64,000 nucleotides of DNA. Source: a phage. The translations under genes were made by a program, and so were the position numbers. Under the pieces are notes generated by a model, which worked only from the letters and a program-made list of their open reading frames with translations, had not been told where the DNA came from and searched no databases. The stretch is taken from assembly GCA_012557565.1 (NCBI GenBank), contig GCA_012557565.1_3926.1, one strand, 5' to 3'. Shown here in pieces: positions 19,859-29,362 of this stretch. Within the stretch, counting starts at the first letter, position 1; the number at the start of each line of letters is the position of its first letter.

Positions 19859-20740
19859 ATGGAAACTACTATTCAAGTTCTGCTTAATTCAAATTCAAAA
19901 GGTTCACACCAAGAGACCTTCAACATTATTCAGTTCCCTTCAGGGGAAATTGGTGGTAACTTTTCAGAAGACTTAGTAGATTTTGCTAAACATGCTGCTG
20001 GAAAAATTGAAAACGTAATCTTCACGGTACAAGGTTATGACAAAGACACCTTATTTGCATTAGCTTTGGCTAAAGAAGCAATTGACAACCTTATACCTCA
20101 ACAAACAACAATGAAGTCAGTGTTATTTGGTTTCTTACCAAATGCAAGATATGACCGACACATGTTTAAAGGAGATGCAGCAGCATTGAAAGTGTTTGCC
20201 AATCTGGTAAATGCTATGGAATTTGATTCTGTATGTGCTCTGGATGTTCACAGCAACGTAGCAGAAAATTTGTTCAAGTGCTTCTATAATGTTCCACAAA
20301 AAGCCGTTGCATCACACTTTGCAAGTGACCCACGAATTGATTACTTAGTGGCTCCAGATGCAGGTGCAGCTAAGAAGACAGAAGAAGCTGCTAAGGATGT
20401 TGAAAAGCCATATATCACAATGGCTAAGGTACGCAACCTAAAAACTGGTGAAATAACTGGTATGCGAATCCTTGATGATGTAGACTTAACAGGTAAGACT
20501 GTCATGATTCTGGATGATATCTGTGACGGTGGTCGTACCTTCATTGAGGCTGCAAAGTATCTTCGTGAAGCTGGTGCAGAACATGTAGAACTATATGTCA
20601 CTCATGGGATTTTCTCTAAAGGTGTTGAAAATCTTCTTGACAACGGTATTGACCATATCTACACTACAGATTCATTAGGAAGTGCTAAATGGCGTGGACT
20701 TTCACACTTCTCACAAGTGACTGTAGCAAATATTGAATAA
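19859..20740 (+). CDS. ribose-phosphate pyrophosphokinase (PRPP synthetase)-like phosphoribosyltransferase
   Basis: PRPP-binding motif VMILDDICDGGRT; start set to ATG 19859 (GAGAGAAA RBS) rather than track 19841, which lies inside the repeat. Confidence 0.65.
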   Translation: METTIQVLLNSNSKGSHQETFNIIQFPSGEIGGNFSEDLVDFAKHAAGKIENVIFTVQGYDKDTLFALALAKEAIDNLIPQQTTMKSVLFGFLPNARYDRHMFKGDAAALKVFANLVNAMEFDSVCALDVHSNVAENLFKCFYNVPQKAVASHFASDPRIDYLVAPDAGAAKKTEEAAKDVEKPYITMAKVRNLKTGEITGMRILDDVDLTGKTVMILDDICDGGRTFIEAAKYLREAGAEHVELYVTHGIFSKGVENLLDNGIDHIYTTDSLGSAKWRGLSHFSQVTVANIE

Positions 20741-20750
20741 AAACTTTAAA

Positions 20751-20766
20751 GGGGCTGCATAGCCCC
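20751..20766 (+). terminator. GC hairpin, possible weak terminator
   Basis: GGGGCT-gcat-AGCCCC, poor T-run. Confidence 0.35.
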
Positions 20767-20786
20767 ACTTTGAGAGAGATAAAAAG

Positions 20787-22604
20787 ATGACTAAATCAAT
20801 CTATGCAGTGCCAGCAGGACTTAACGCAGATGCTTACAAAGCTGGTCATATCTACCAGTATCCAGATGCTACTCAGTATCTTATGCTGAATTTAACGCCT
20901 CGTGGAGACAAATGGTTTAACTCTCCATTAGAAATTGATGGTGTTGTAGCATTTGGTATTCAGCGTTTTGTAAAAGACTATCTGGTAGACCACTGGAATG
21001 CAACGTTCTTTGAACGTGATAAGAAAGAAGCCATTGACGAAATCTTGGAAATCATGAATGGTGTACTTGGTGCAGATGCCATTGGTCGTCAACATTGGGA
21101 AGAACTTCATGACTTAGGTTATCTGCCTGTTGAAGTCTACTCTGTAGAGGAAGGTACAATTGTCCCTATGCGTGTCCCGATGATTATATTCAAAAACACT
21201 GTAGAGGGCTTCCATTGGGTAGCTGGTTATCTCGAAGATGCTTTCTCTGCTGAAATCTGGAAAGCTTGTACAATTGCAACTATTGCACTACATTACAAAC
21301 GTATTTGTAAGAAGTGGTCAGATTTGACCTGTGATAACGACTTCCATCTTCCTTGGCAGTGTCATGACTTTGCAATGCGTGGTATGTCTGGATTCACAGA
21401 TGATGCGTTTAACGCAGTAGGTCACCTGACAAGTTTTAAAGGTACTGACAGCTTCCCTGCTGTATACACAGCTAAACGTGCATATGGTCAGTTTATGACT
21501 GTAAGTGATATCGGGAACTCTGTACCAGCAACTGAACACTCTGTGATGTGTGCAAACATCTCATGGAATAGTTGTGCCAAAGAAGTAAGTGATTGGCATC
21601 TGCTACAGTCTGACAACTTGTTAGATGCAATGCGTTGGCGTGGTGAGGTAGAAACTTTCCAACGTCTTCTGACAGAAGTCTACCCAACTGGTATTGCAAG
21701 TGTTGTATCAGATACTTACAACTTCTGGAGAACTGTTACACAGATTTTACCAGAGCTACGTAATGTGATTCTGAATCGTGATGGTAAGTTGGTAATCCGT
21801 CCAGACTCTGGAGACCCTGTTCACATTGTTACTGGTTACAAAGCCATTGAGTGGGAAACTGCTAAGTCAATGTTCTACAAGCACATGAAAGAGCTTGCAC
21901 CGAACAATACACATCTGCATGACACAATCTTGAATTGTGAAATGTCTGATATTGGCTTTGGGTTCTCTGCTTGGCTAATCTCTGAAGGTTATGAGATGGT
22001 TGTTGATAAGGAAGATTTTGAATCTGCTGATACAATCAACCTGATTACCGCTCAGAAAACTGGACAGTTTACTGTGAAGCGTATGCTGACAGCAGAGATT
22101 GATGGGGCTATCCACACGCTGTATAACATCTTTGGTGGCACTGTTAACTCCAAAGGGTACAAAGTGCTGGATGAACATATTGGATTAATCTATGGAGATT
22201 CTATCACCCTTGAACGTGCTGATGAGATTCTCAAACGTCTTGCTGAGAAAGGTTTTGCAAGCTCTAACGTGGTGTTTGGTGTTGGTTCATACACTTACCA
22301 GTACCTGACTCGTGACACATTTGCATTCGCTGTTAAGGCTACACTTGCTCAAATGGATGGTGAAGAAATCATGCTGGCAAAAGACCCTAAAACTGACAGT
22401 GGTCTTAAGAAGTCTGCATTTGGTGGTGTAGTCCCAATGTGGGACGGTGATAAACTGGAAGCTGTAGATGGCTTAGGTTTTGAAGAGTTTGAAGGTGTCA
22501 TTGAGAACCCTCAGTGTGCACTGAAGCTTGTATTCTGTGACTCACAACCCTATGGTTATGTTAACCTTCGTGATGTACGAAAAGTTATTGACAACCAGAT
22601 TTAA
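20787..22604 (+). CDS. nadV: nicotinamide phosphoribosyltransferase (NAMPT/NadV family)
   Basis: 605 aa; N-terminal DAYKAGH...Y block and size match the NAMPT family; adjacent to PRPP synthetase-like gene. Confidence 0.75.
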   Translation: MTKSIYAVPAGLNADAYKAGHIYQYPDATQYLMLNLTPRGDKWFNSPLEIDGVVAFGIQRFVKDYLVDHWNATFFERDKKEAIDEILEIMNGVLGADAIGRQHWEELHDLGYLPVEVYSVEEGTIVPMRVPMIIFKNTVEGFHWVAGYLEDAFSAEIWKACTIATIALHYKRICKKWSDLTCDNDFHLPWQCHDFAMRGMSGFTDDAFNAVGHLTSFKGTDSFPAVYTAKRAYGQFMTVSDIGNSVPATEHSVMCANISWNSCAKEVSDWHLLQSDNLLDAMRWRGEVETFQRLLTEVYPTGIASVVSDTYNFWRTVTQILPELRNVILNRDGKLVIRPDSGDPVHIVTGYKAIEWETAKSMFYKHMKELAPNNTHLHDTILNCEMSDIGFGFSAWLISEGYEMVVDKEDFESADTINLITAQKTGQFTVKRMLTAEIDGAIHTLYNIFGGTVNSKGYKVLDEHIGLIYGDSITLERADEILKRLAEKGFASSNVVFGVGSYTYQYLTRDTFAFAVKATLAQMDGEEIMLAKDPKTDSGLKKSAFGGVVPMWDGDKLEAVDGLGFEEFEGVIENPQCALKLVFCDSQPYGYVNLRDVRKVIDNQI

Positions 22605-22618
22605 GTAAGTATTATAAG

Positions 22619-22640
22619 AGGCTCCTACTGGAGCCTTTTT
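22619..22640 (+). terminator. rho-independent terminator
   Basis: AGGCTCC-tact-GGAGCCT then TTTTT. Confidence 0.7.
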
Positions 22641-22657
22641 AATTTCTGGAGAGTGTT

Positions 22658-22879
22658 ATGAGATTTAATACAGATTTATTTTACACAGACAGCACTGGAT
22701 TCTTTGGTTGGTCTCCAGCAGCAGCTTGGCAGTTATGGTTTTCAGAAGATTACAGAGAGGATAGACAAGTCTTTGTAATGGACTACAAGTTCCCTGTAAA
22801 ACCAACTAAACGTCAGGTTAGAAAGCTTCGTAGAGAGTTTCGTAAAGTTTGCAAAGGGTTTATTAGCTATGAAAATTAA
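22658..22879 (+). CDS. hypothetical protein
   Basis: 73-aa ORF. Confidence 0.4.
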   Translation: MRFNTDLFYTDSTGFFGWSPAAAWQLWFSEDYREDRQVFVMDYKFPVKPTKRQVRKLRREFRKVCKGFISYEN

Positions 22880-23204
22880 ACAGATGAATGTCAATGTAAT
22901 CATTGAAGAACGTTGGGAAAACATTCAGCGTCCTGAAGATGGTCACAAGTTTATCAACGAACTGTTTCAAGCAGCACAGTCAGAGTTAGCTTCTGAGATT
23001 TATACAACGGTCACTTTGAAGGTTTACATCAAAGGTCTGCCACAAAATCATCAAGAGGCACTTGATTTGTTCCAAAAAGGGTTCTACAATCCAAATAAAA
23101 ATATACTTGAGAATAGTTTTGCAGTATCTTCGAGTATTGTTCATGACAGAAGTTTTGTTCTATTTAGAACTGTAGGAGAAAATGTATGCAAAGTTATTGG
23201 TTAG
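22869..23204 (+). CDS. hypothetical protein
   Basis: 111-aa ORF. Confidence 0.45.
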   Translation: MKIKQMNVNVIIEERWENIQRPEDGHKFINELFQAAQSELASEIYTTVTLKVYIKGLPQNHQEALDLFQKGFYNPNKNILENSFAVSSSIVHDRSFVLFRTVGENVCKVIG

Positions 23205-23365
23205 AGATTGTTCTATCATTAGGTTGTATTGTTGCCATTGCAGTGCTACTATGCAAGTACCTCTCAGAGACAGAACCTTGTGATGAGTGTGAAGGTTCCG
23301 GTATAGCCGGTATGGGACATTGTTGCCCTTACTGCAACGGAACTGGAAAGAAATTTAAAAAGTAA
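23186..23365 (+). CDS. small membrane-anchored zinc-finger protein (two CxxCxGxG motifs)
   Basis: Own translation (59 aa): MQSYWLEIVLSLGCIVAIAVLLCKYLSETEPCDECEGSGIAGMGHCCPYCNGTGKKFKK; AGGAG 7 nt upstream; below track cutoff. Confidence 0.4.
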   Translation: MQSYWLEIVLSLGCIVAIAVLLCKYLSETEPCDECEGSGIAGMGHCCPYCNGTGKKFKK

Positions 23366-23366
23366 C

Positions 23367-23396
23367 TTGACAGTGGCATCTATAAAATTATATAGT
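23367..23396 (+). promoter_or_regulatory. sigma70-like promoter upstream of rIIA
   Basis: TTGACA, 18-bp spacer, TATAGT. Confidence 0.5.
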
Positions 23397-23427
23397 TTGC
23401 CACATCGACAACTAAGGAGATATTCTT

Positions 23428-25800
23428 ATGCGCATGGTAAATGACCACGCAACGGTAATTAAAAGCTCAAGTACACTGGAAACCTCTCAGGCTCAGATTA
23501 AGATGACACCTGAAATGTTCAGTCTTCTAAGCTCAGGTGTTTACACATACAAAGAACGTGCTGTTATTCGTGAGTTATCTTGTAACGCAGTAGATGCTCA
23601 CATTGATTCTGGTAATGTTGATAAGCCTTTCTTGGTTCACTTGCCAACTCGTTTTGAGCCTTTCTTTGAAGTTCGTGATTTTGGTACAGGTCTGACTCAT
23701 GAAAAAGTCATGAAGCTTTATATGACCTATGGAGAATCTACAAAGAACGATTCAAATGACTACATCGGTGCTATGGGTATCGGTTCAAAGTCACCGTTTG
23801 CGATTGCTCAATCATTTACTGTATCAAGCTACGTTGATGGTGTTGTTAACAAGTACTCTGTATATCTTGAGAATGGTATTCCTCAAGTCACTAAGTTGAC
23901 TACTAACCCAACTACAGAGCCAAATGGTTTAGCTGTTCGAGTAGCGGTATCTGATAACCGTATTAACAAGTTTCATGAAGAAGCGAGCAATGTATACTCG
24001 TACTTTAAAGTTAAGCCAGAGTGTAATGTTGAGTACTATGACATTCTTGAAGCAATGACTTCCATTTCTCGTGAAGATGGTGTCTATGATGCAATGAAGT
24101 ACAAAGAGAACTGGCGCTCAAATAGTAATAGTGTCCATTTCAACGTAATCATGGGTAATATTGCTTATCCTGTTGAAATGGGTGAGTTGCTTGGTTCAGA
24201 GTTTACAAGTATTCTGCCTCAGTTCTTCCGTAGTGCTGTAGACCTTGTTAATATCTACATGCCAATTGGTTCAGTGGCTATTGCTGCATCTCGTGAAGCA
24301 TTACAGATGAATGAGACCACTAAGACAAAGATTGTTGAAGCCGTGAAGAAAATCACTAAGACAATCGTTGAAGATGTGGTTAAAGAGATTGCTAATAAGC
24401 CAACGCTGATTGATGCTGCTCAGGCTTATGATACCATGAGGAAAGAGGCTCGTGAAATCTTTAATCACGTCCAAGATTCTCTGGAGTGGCAAGGTCAGAA
24501 CTTGAAAAAGCTTGAACAAAAGCTTTTGGGTATTCGTCGTGGTCAGTTAACTGAAGCAGATGGTTCTCCATCATTCTTGAAAGATGATGCAGGTAACTTA
24601 AGGCTTGACAAAGACGGTAATCCAGTTCCTAATATTGGTAATCTGTATGAACCTGTAGCATATTACAAGTACAGCAGTCTGGAGAATCGTATTCGAGCAA
24701 CTTCAGCAACATATTCACAAGATGCTGCCATGTTTAGTATCTTTGGTGCAATGAGTAAAGATAAGTTGAGCAACTATTTGTTCCTTATCAATGACCGTCG
24801 AAACAAGAACGGGTCTGAAAAGACGACTGGTAAAAATCAGATTATCCGTGGAGCTTGCCGTGACCGTGAACAGGAAGATTCTAACTTCCGTCGCTACAAT
24901 GGTATTGCTTTCTTGTTCAGCAGTCAGCAGCAATTTGATGAATTTGTAGCTCTGCATATGCTTGACAAGACTATGTTAAGTGTGCATACAATGTCATCTA
25001 AAGAGCACCACTATGAGAAACGTACCATTGTACGTGGAGTGGTAAAACTGTATAAAGCATTCAAGTGTCCAAACTCTGACATAATCCGTTATACGGAAGT
25101 TAAGGAAAACTTTGATGATATTGAAGAACCACAATTGTACATTAAAGCACAGAGTGATGAAGTGCTAGGTGGTATCTTCTCATGCTCACCAGAACGTGCT
25201 GCAACGTTGATGACAGAATTAACTGGACAACCAGTTTATGTCTTCCGTAAAGCAAACTGGAAGAAGATTCCTGAAGATTGGACAGAAGTCAATGCACAGG
25301 TGATGAAAGATTTTATTGATAACACTCACTGGATTGAGTATCATCGTTACTTGACATATCAGTACATGACTGATAAGCATGATATCACAGATTGTAATGT
25401 TGTTGCTCGTAACTTCAACTTTGCTGGTAAGAAGAAGTCAAGAGGTCATGTATACAACAAAGACTTTGACTCAACAATCCTGTTAGAAGGGAATGAAGAT
25501 GCTGTAGAAGCAATGTTTGGTCGCTTGGCATACACTGCTGCACCAATTGCTTATAAAGAAATCTACAGCACTCTTGATACCATTCGCAGGAATATGAGAG
25601 GCTCTTGTAAGCCAAGAAAGATTCTGGACAATGCTAAGAAGCGTCTTGAAAGTAAGTTCAAATATTACTTTGAGAAACGCCGTAAAGAAAACTTCTTGCT
25701 TTCTAATCTGGATTGGAATAAAGTATCACCTGTTGAAGTTGGTAGATTCTTAGGATTTGATGTTAGAGGTCTGCCAGAAGATACCAACTGTTGGGAATAA
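23428..25800 (+). CDS. rIIA: rIIA protein (GHKL-ATPase-like N-terminus)
   Basis: RAVIRELSCNAVDAH and YIGAMGIGSKSPF blocks match T4 rIIA N-terminal motifs; 790 aa. Confidence 0.8.
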   Translation: MRMVNDHATVIKSSSTLETSQAQIKMTPEMFSLLSSGVYTYKERAVIRELSCNAVDAHIDSGNVDKPFLVHLPTRFEPFFEVRDFGTGLTHEKVMKLYMTYGESTKNDSNDYIGAMGIGSKSPFAIAQSFTVSSYVDGVVNKYSVYLENGIPQVTKLTTNPTTEPNGLAVRVAVSDNRINKFHEEASNVYSYFKVKPECNVEYYDILEAMTSISREDGVYDAMKYKENWRSNSNSVHFNVIMGNIAYPVEMGELLGSEFTSILPQFFRSAVDLVNIYMPIGSVAIAASREALQMNETTKTKIVEAVKKITKTIVEDVVKEIANKPTLIDAAQAYDTMRKEAREIFNHVQDSLEWQGQNLKKLEQKLLGIRRGQLTEADGSPSFLKDDAGNLRLDKDGNPVPNIGNLYEPVAYYKYSSLENRIRATSATYSQDAAMFSIFGAMSKDKLSNYLFLINDRRNKNGSEKTTGKNQIIRGACRDREQEDSNFRRYNGIAFLFSSQQQFDEFVALHMLDKTMLSVHTMSSKEHHYEKRTIVRGVVKLYKAFKCPNSDIIRYTEVKENFDDIEEPQLYIKAQSDEVLGGIFSCSPERAATLMTELTGQPVYVFRKANWKKIPEDWTEVNAQVMKDFIDNTHWIEYHRYLTYQYMTDKHDITDCNVVARNFNFAGKKKSRGHVYNKDFDSTILLEGNEDAVEAMFGRLAYTAAPIAYKEIYSTLDTIRRNMRGSCKPRKILDNAKKRLESKFKYYFEKRRKENFLLSNLDWNKVSPVEVGRFLGFDVRGLPEDTNCWE

Positions 25801-25813
25801 AAATAGTTTGACA

Positions 25814-25829
25814 GGGGCTGAAAAGCCCC
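25814..25829 (+). terminator. GC hairpin, possible terminator
   Basis: GGGGCT-gaaa-AGCCCC, weak T-run. Confidence 0.35.
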
Positions 25830-25879
25830 TTAGAATACGAACCACTAAGTAACTTTAAACAACAAAGAGAGATATTAAA

Positions 25880-27001
25880 ATGACTACTAAGACTAAAGCA
25901 CAAATCGACGCAGAAATCTACGCACTGGTTAAAGAAGGTAAACTTACCAAAACTGCAATTGCTCTGAAGTACAATACTTCAACTCGTTCTGTAGGTCGTG
26001 CTGTAGAGCGTCATGAAGCAACTTTACTGACAGGGAAAACCAAAGAAAAACCTGCGAGGACTCTGAAAGATATTGCAAAGGGTGCTAAGAAAGCTAAAGC
26101 AACTAAAAAGGTAGCTACTCAGAAACCTGTTGCAAAAGCTGTTAAAGAAGCAGTCAAAGCAGAACCTGTAAATGCTCTGCACGAAGCAATGCAGAATAAT
26201 AGTCAGATTGAATACATGATTACTGGTGACTCGGTTATCATGACTTTCGGTGCAGAGTCAGAGATTGTTGAATCAACTCACCCTAACTACACTGAAATTG
26301 TTATGGCTGTTGTATCAGGTGAGTACAAGAAAGCCTTTGAACTGATGAATATTCGCAAATCCATTGAGAACTTTACTCAGGGTGCTGTGACCATTAAAGG
26401 TGATAACCTGTACTACGGTGCTGTTCAAATGCGTTCAACTCTGGTAGACCGTATTCTGGACATGATGAAGAAAGGTGATGAAGGCTTTACCCGTCTGATT
26501 GCATTCTTCGAAAAACTGATGGAAAACCCATCAAAAGACTCTGTAGAACAACTTTGGGGCTTTGTGTCACACCTTGATGTTGAAATCGATGAAGAAGGTT
26601 ATATCATCGGTTGGAAGAAAGTCACAACTCGTAGTGGTAAACTGTTTGACTCTCGTACCTGCAAAGTTCCAAACGATTTGGGTAACATTGTTGAGATGCC
26701 ACGTTGGATGGTTGATAATAACCGTCATGTAACATGCTCTCAGGGTCTGCATGTTGGGGCTTGGGACTATGTAACTAGCTTCTCTGGTGACACTATCCTG
26801 AAAGTTCGTGTTCATCCTCGTGATGTTGTTTCAGTACCAACTGACTACAACGATATGAAAATGCGAGCTTCACGTTATGAAGTTGCAGCGATTGTGAATA
26901 GTCGCCGTGAAGTCATCAAAGAGTGGGATGGTTCAGAAGCACTTCATGTAGTTGTAGGAACTGCTGGTGAACTGATTTCTCAGCGTAAACGTGAAGTATA
27001 A
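25880..27001 (+). CDS. rIIB: rIIB protein
   Basis: LVDRILDMMKKGDEGF and VRVHPRDVVSVPTDYNDMKMRASRYEV blocks match T4 rIIB; directly downstream of rIIA. Confidence 0.8.
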   Translation: MTTKTKAQIDAEIYALVKEGKLTKTAIALKYNTSTRSVGRAVERHEATLLTGKTKEKPARTLKDIAKGAKKAKATKKVATQKPVAKAVKEAVKAEPVNALHEAMQNNSQIEYMITGDSVIMTFGAESEIVESTHPNYTEIVMAVVSGEYKKAFELMNIRKSIENFTQGAVTIKGDNLYYGAVQMRSTLVDRILDMMKKGDEGFTRLIAFFEKLMENPSKDSVEQLWGFVSHLDVEIDEEGYIIGWKKVTTRSGKLFDSRTCKVPNDLGNIVEMPRWMVDNNRHVTCSQGLHVGAWDYVTSFSGDTILKVRVHPRDVVSVPTDYNDMKMRASRYEVAAIVNSRREVIKEWDGSEALHVVVGTAGELISQRKREV

Positions 27002-27016
27002 TAAGTAAATTCCTAA

Positions 27017-27040
27017 AGGGCTGCTTCGGCAGCCTTTTTT
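27017..27040 (+). terminator. rho-independent terminator
   Basis: GGGCTGC-TTCG-GCAGCC then TTTTTT. Confidence 0.8.
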
Positions 27041-27042
27041 AT

Positions 27043-27070
27043 TTGAAAAATGTGCAGGATGATGTATAAT
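27043..27070 (+). promoter_or_regulatory. sigma70-like promoter
   Basis: TTGAAA, 16-bp spacer containing AATGTGCAGG, TATAAT. Confidence 0.55.
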
Positions 27071-27101
27071 TGTCTGCATGTTTAACAAAATAGGAGTGCA
27101 A

Positions 27102-27650
27102 ATGAAGAAATTTGTTTTAGGTTTGTGCTTATTCTTTACAGCACATTTAGCTACAGCATCTGACTGTCCAGAACTTACAATCAGTCAGAAAGTAAATATG
27201 TTAAAAGCATATAACTATGGCGAAGGACAGATGGGAAAAGGTTGGGGAATACCTTTAGCAGCTATAGCCTTACAAGAGTCACAATTAGGTGTCATGTTAG
27301 AAAATAAAAGGACTCATGATTATGGTGTTTTCCAGAATCACTTGAAGACTGTTGTAAAGCGTAACAAAATATCTCCAAAGGTTGCTAAGAAGAAGTTGGT
27401 AAGTGACTTCCATTACTCAGCAAAAGAGGCTCATAAAGAGTTGCTATTCTGGACAAAGGTTCACGGTAACCCAGATGGAAAGTACTCTATGAAGCGTGTC
27501 CTAGCTTCTTATAATGCTGGTTACAAATATAAGATTCCAAAGGCTAGACAATATTCTCAAGATGTGTACAATAACATGAAATTGCTTGCTCAATGTGAGT
27601 TTGCAACAAACATTAAAAAGGTAAAATATGAGCGAATCAAAACAATTTGA
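27102..27650 (+). CDS. secreted lytic transglycosylase (SLT)-like protein with signal peptide
   Basis: N-terminal MKKFVLGLCLFFTAHLATA signal-like segment; ALQESQLG ... DYGVFQ blocks resemble SLT catalytic-Glu region; start moved to ATG 27102 (AGGAG 8 nt upstream). Confidence 0.5.
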   Translation: MKKFVLGLCLFFTAHLATASDCPELTISQKVNMLKAYNYGEGQMGKGWGIPLAAIALQESQLGVMLENKRTHDYGVFQNHLKTVVKRNKISPKVAKKKLVSDFHYSAKEAHKELLFWTKVHGNPDGKYSMKRVLASYNAGYKYKIPKARQYSQDVYNNMKLLAQCEFATNIKKVKYERIKTI

Positions 27651-28323
27651 TACGGTTCTGTGTCATGCTTATGATATCAAACCACTTGATTTAGATATCA
27701 GTTCTGCAAGCTGGTCAGACGTTGCTAAAGCTGACTTTGCAGATACAGCAAGATGTGTTGCATGTAGCTTTGAAGACTTTCATTCAACAAAGACACAGAT
27801 TCCTTGTCAAGATTTGCTAACAGGTAAGACTGTATATGTGGGTCGTAATAGTCTTATCTTGGTTGCAAAGAACTTGGAAGAAAAACGTAAAATGGTCTTA
27901 GCAGATATTGATGGTGTTCTTACAAGTTTTGATAAGAAACTTAATGCAACTCTGTTAGATGATGGTACTTACTCACAGTACACTAACTTGGTGGACTCTC
28001 GCAGAGCTAAACCAACTTATGTTTTTAACATCCTGTGTGGGATATCACAAAATGCTGATATAGGATTCTTAACTGCTCGTGGTGAATCACAGAGAGTGGT
28101 CACTCATCTCTTCCTGAATGAAAATGTAGACAGTGATTTCTTACTGTTTATGCGTGGATTTGGTGACAATGAGATTAGTGCAGAAAGTTTGAAAGTTCGT
28201 ATGCTTCAGTCTTGCATTCTACCTTACTATGATGTAGTATGCTTTATAGAAGATACAGTAAAGAACGTGGCAAAGGTCGAAAGAATCCTTCCACACATTA
28301 AAACAATGTTAGTTAAAAACTGA
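27628..28323 (+). CDS. HAD-like hydrolase motif protein
   Basis: LADIDGVLT resembles HAD motif I (DxDG), but it lies about 90 aa into the ORF; true start may be internal. Confidence 0.4.
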   Translation: MSESKQFDTVLCHAYDIKPLDLDISSASWSDVAKADFADTARCVACSFEDFHSTKTQIPCQDLLTGKTVYVGRNSLILVAKNLEEKRKMVLADIDGVLTSFDKKLNATLLDDGTYSQYTNLVDSRRAKPTYVFNILCGISQNADIGFLTARGESQRVVTHLFLNENVDSDFLLFMRGFGDNEISAESLKVRMLQSCILPYYDVVCFIEDTVKNVAKVERILPHIKTMLVKN

Positions 28324-28334
28324 GAGAGAAAACC

Positions 28335-28799
28335 ATGCAAAATATTATAACAGTAGCTATCGATGCAACCGGAAACAAATCTGAAGTTGTTCGTCGTATC
28401 ATCAAAGACAACTTTGAAGGTAAAATCTTCCGAGCAGTAAACGTCAAAGCTGACGGAGAGATTCGTGAGTATCGTGCTCTGCTGAATGTTTCTAAACACG
28501 TTAAAGGTGTTGGTTCTACAACTGCTCACAAAGAAAATCTGATGACCATCTATGATATGGGTATGGCTTCAGAACTTGGTGCAGCAGGGATTGTAAAACA
28601 GGGAGCACCATACCGTTCCTTCAATCTGGAAACTGCTCTTATGCTTTCCTTCACAAGTGGTGAAAAGACTACCACTTATCTGTTTACTGATGCTGCAACG
28701 GTATCAGCTATCAAGGACAGCACCATTAAATCTGGGGTTAACGCTGCTGCTAAAGCCTCAACAATGGCTGCAAATGTGCTTGCTAAAGTTCTAGGTTAA
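28335..28799 (+). CDS. hypothetical protein
   Basis: 154-aa ORF; terminator follows. Confidence 0.5.
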   Translation: MQNIITVAIDATGNKSEVVRRIIKDNFEGKIFRAVNVKADGEIREYRALLNVSKHVKGVGSTTAHKENLMTIYDMGMASELGAAGIVKQGAPYRSFNLETALMLSFTSGEKTTTYLFTDAATVSAIKDSTIKSGVNAAAKASTMAANVLAKVLG

Positions 28800-28810
28800 G
28801 GTTAATATAG

Positions 28811-28832
28811 AGGCTCCTTCGGGAGCCTTTTT
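28811..28832 (+). terminator. rho-independent terminator
   Basis: GGCTCC-TTCG-GGAGCC then TTTTT. Confidence 0.8.
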
Positions 28833-28851
28833 CATTTATAGGAGAAGTTAA

Positions 28852-29199
28852 ATGACATTTAAAGAATTTTGTCAAGCAGCTTTTGTAATCATTTTTCTGT
28901 TAGGTGTAGGTGCTTGGGGCGGTTACACTTACAAGACTAGCCAAGTTAACGAGAAAGAGTTGACTAATCAGAAGCTTGTTAGTGTTGCTAAGGATGCTTA
29001 CCAAGAAGGTTTAGCAAATCTTAGTGCTAATTATAAAAATGATTTGAAAGATGTGCTTGCTAAAAACAAACACACAAAAGAGGTATTGACCTATGAAAAA
29101 ACTAAGACAGAGTTTTATAATATTTGTGCTACTGAGCCTTATATCGGGGTGTTCAACCAACAAAGTGAACAGTACCTTCAAAAACTCCCAAGTAAGTGA
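28852..29199 (+). CDS. putative i-spanin-like protein (N-terminal TM helix)
   Basis: N-terminal FVIIFLLGVGAWGGYTY hydrophobic helix then charged region; 3' end overlapped out of frame by a lipoprotein ORF. Confidence 0.45.
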   Translation: MTFKEFCQAAFVIIFLLGVGAWGGYTYKTSQVNEKELTNQKLVSVAKDAYQEGLANLSANYKNDLKDVLAKNKHTKEVLTYEKTKTEFYNICATEPYIGVFNQQSEQYLQKLPSK

Positions 29200-29362
29200 G
29201 AGTGACAAGTACACTCAGGAAGAGACTAGGTACACTGTCAAGGGTACTAAGGGTGAAGACCTTGCTAGTGCTATGGAGTTTTATCGTGATGGATTCTATG
29301 AATGTGCTATCAAGGCAAACAATTTGATTGATATGATTTTGTTAGGGAATAAACAGCAATGA
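29093..29362 (+). CDS. putative o-spanin-like outer-membrane lipoprotein
   Basis: MKKLRQSFIIFVLLSLISGCSTN: signal peptide with LISGC lipobox; start embedded in the 3' part of the preceding gene in another frame. Confidence 0.45.
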   Translation: MKKLRQSFIIFVLLSLISGCSTNKVNSTFKNSQVSESDKYTQEETRYTVKGTKGEDLASAMEFYRDGFYECAIKANNLIDMILLGNKQQ

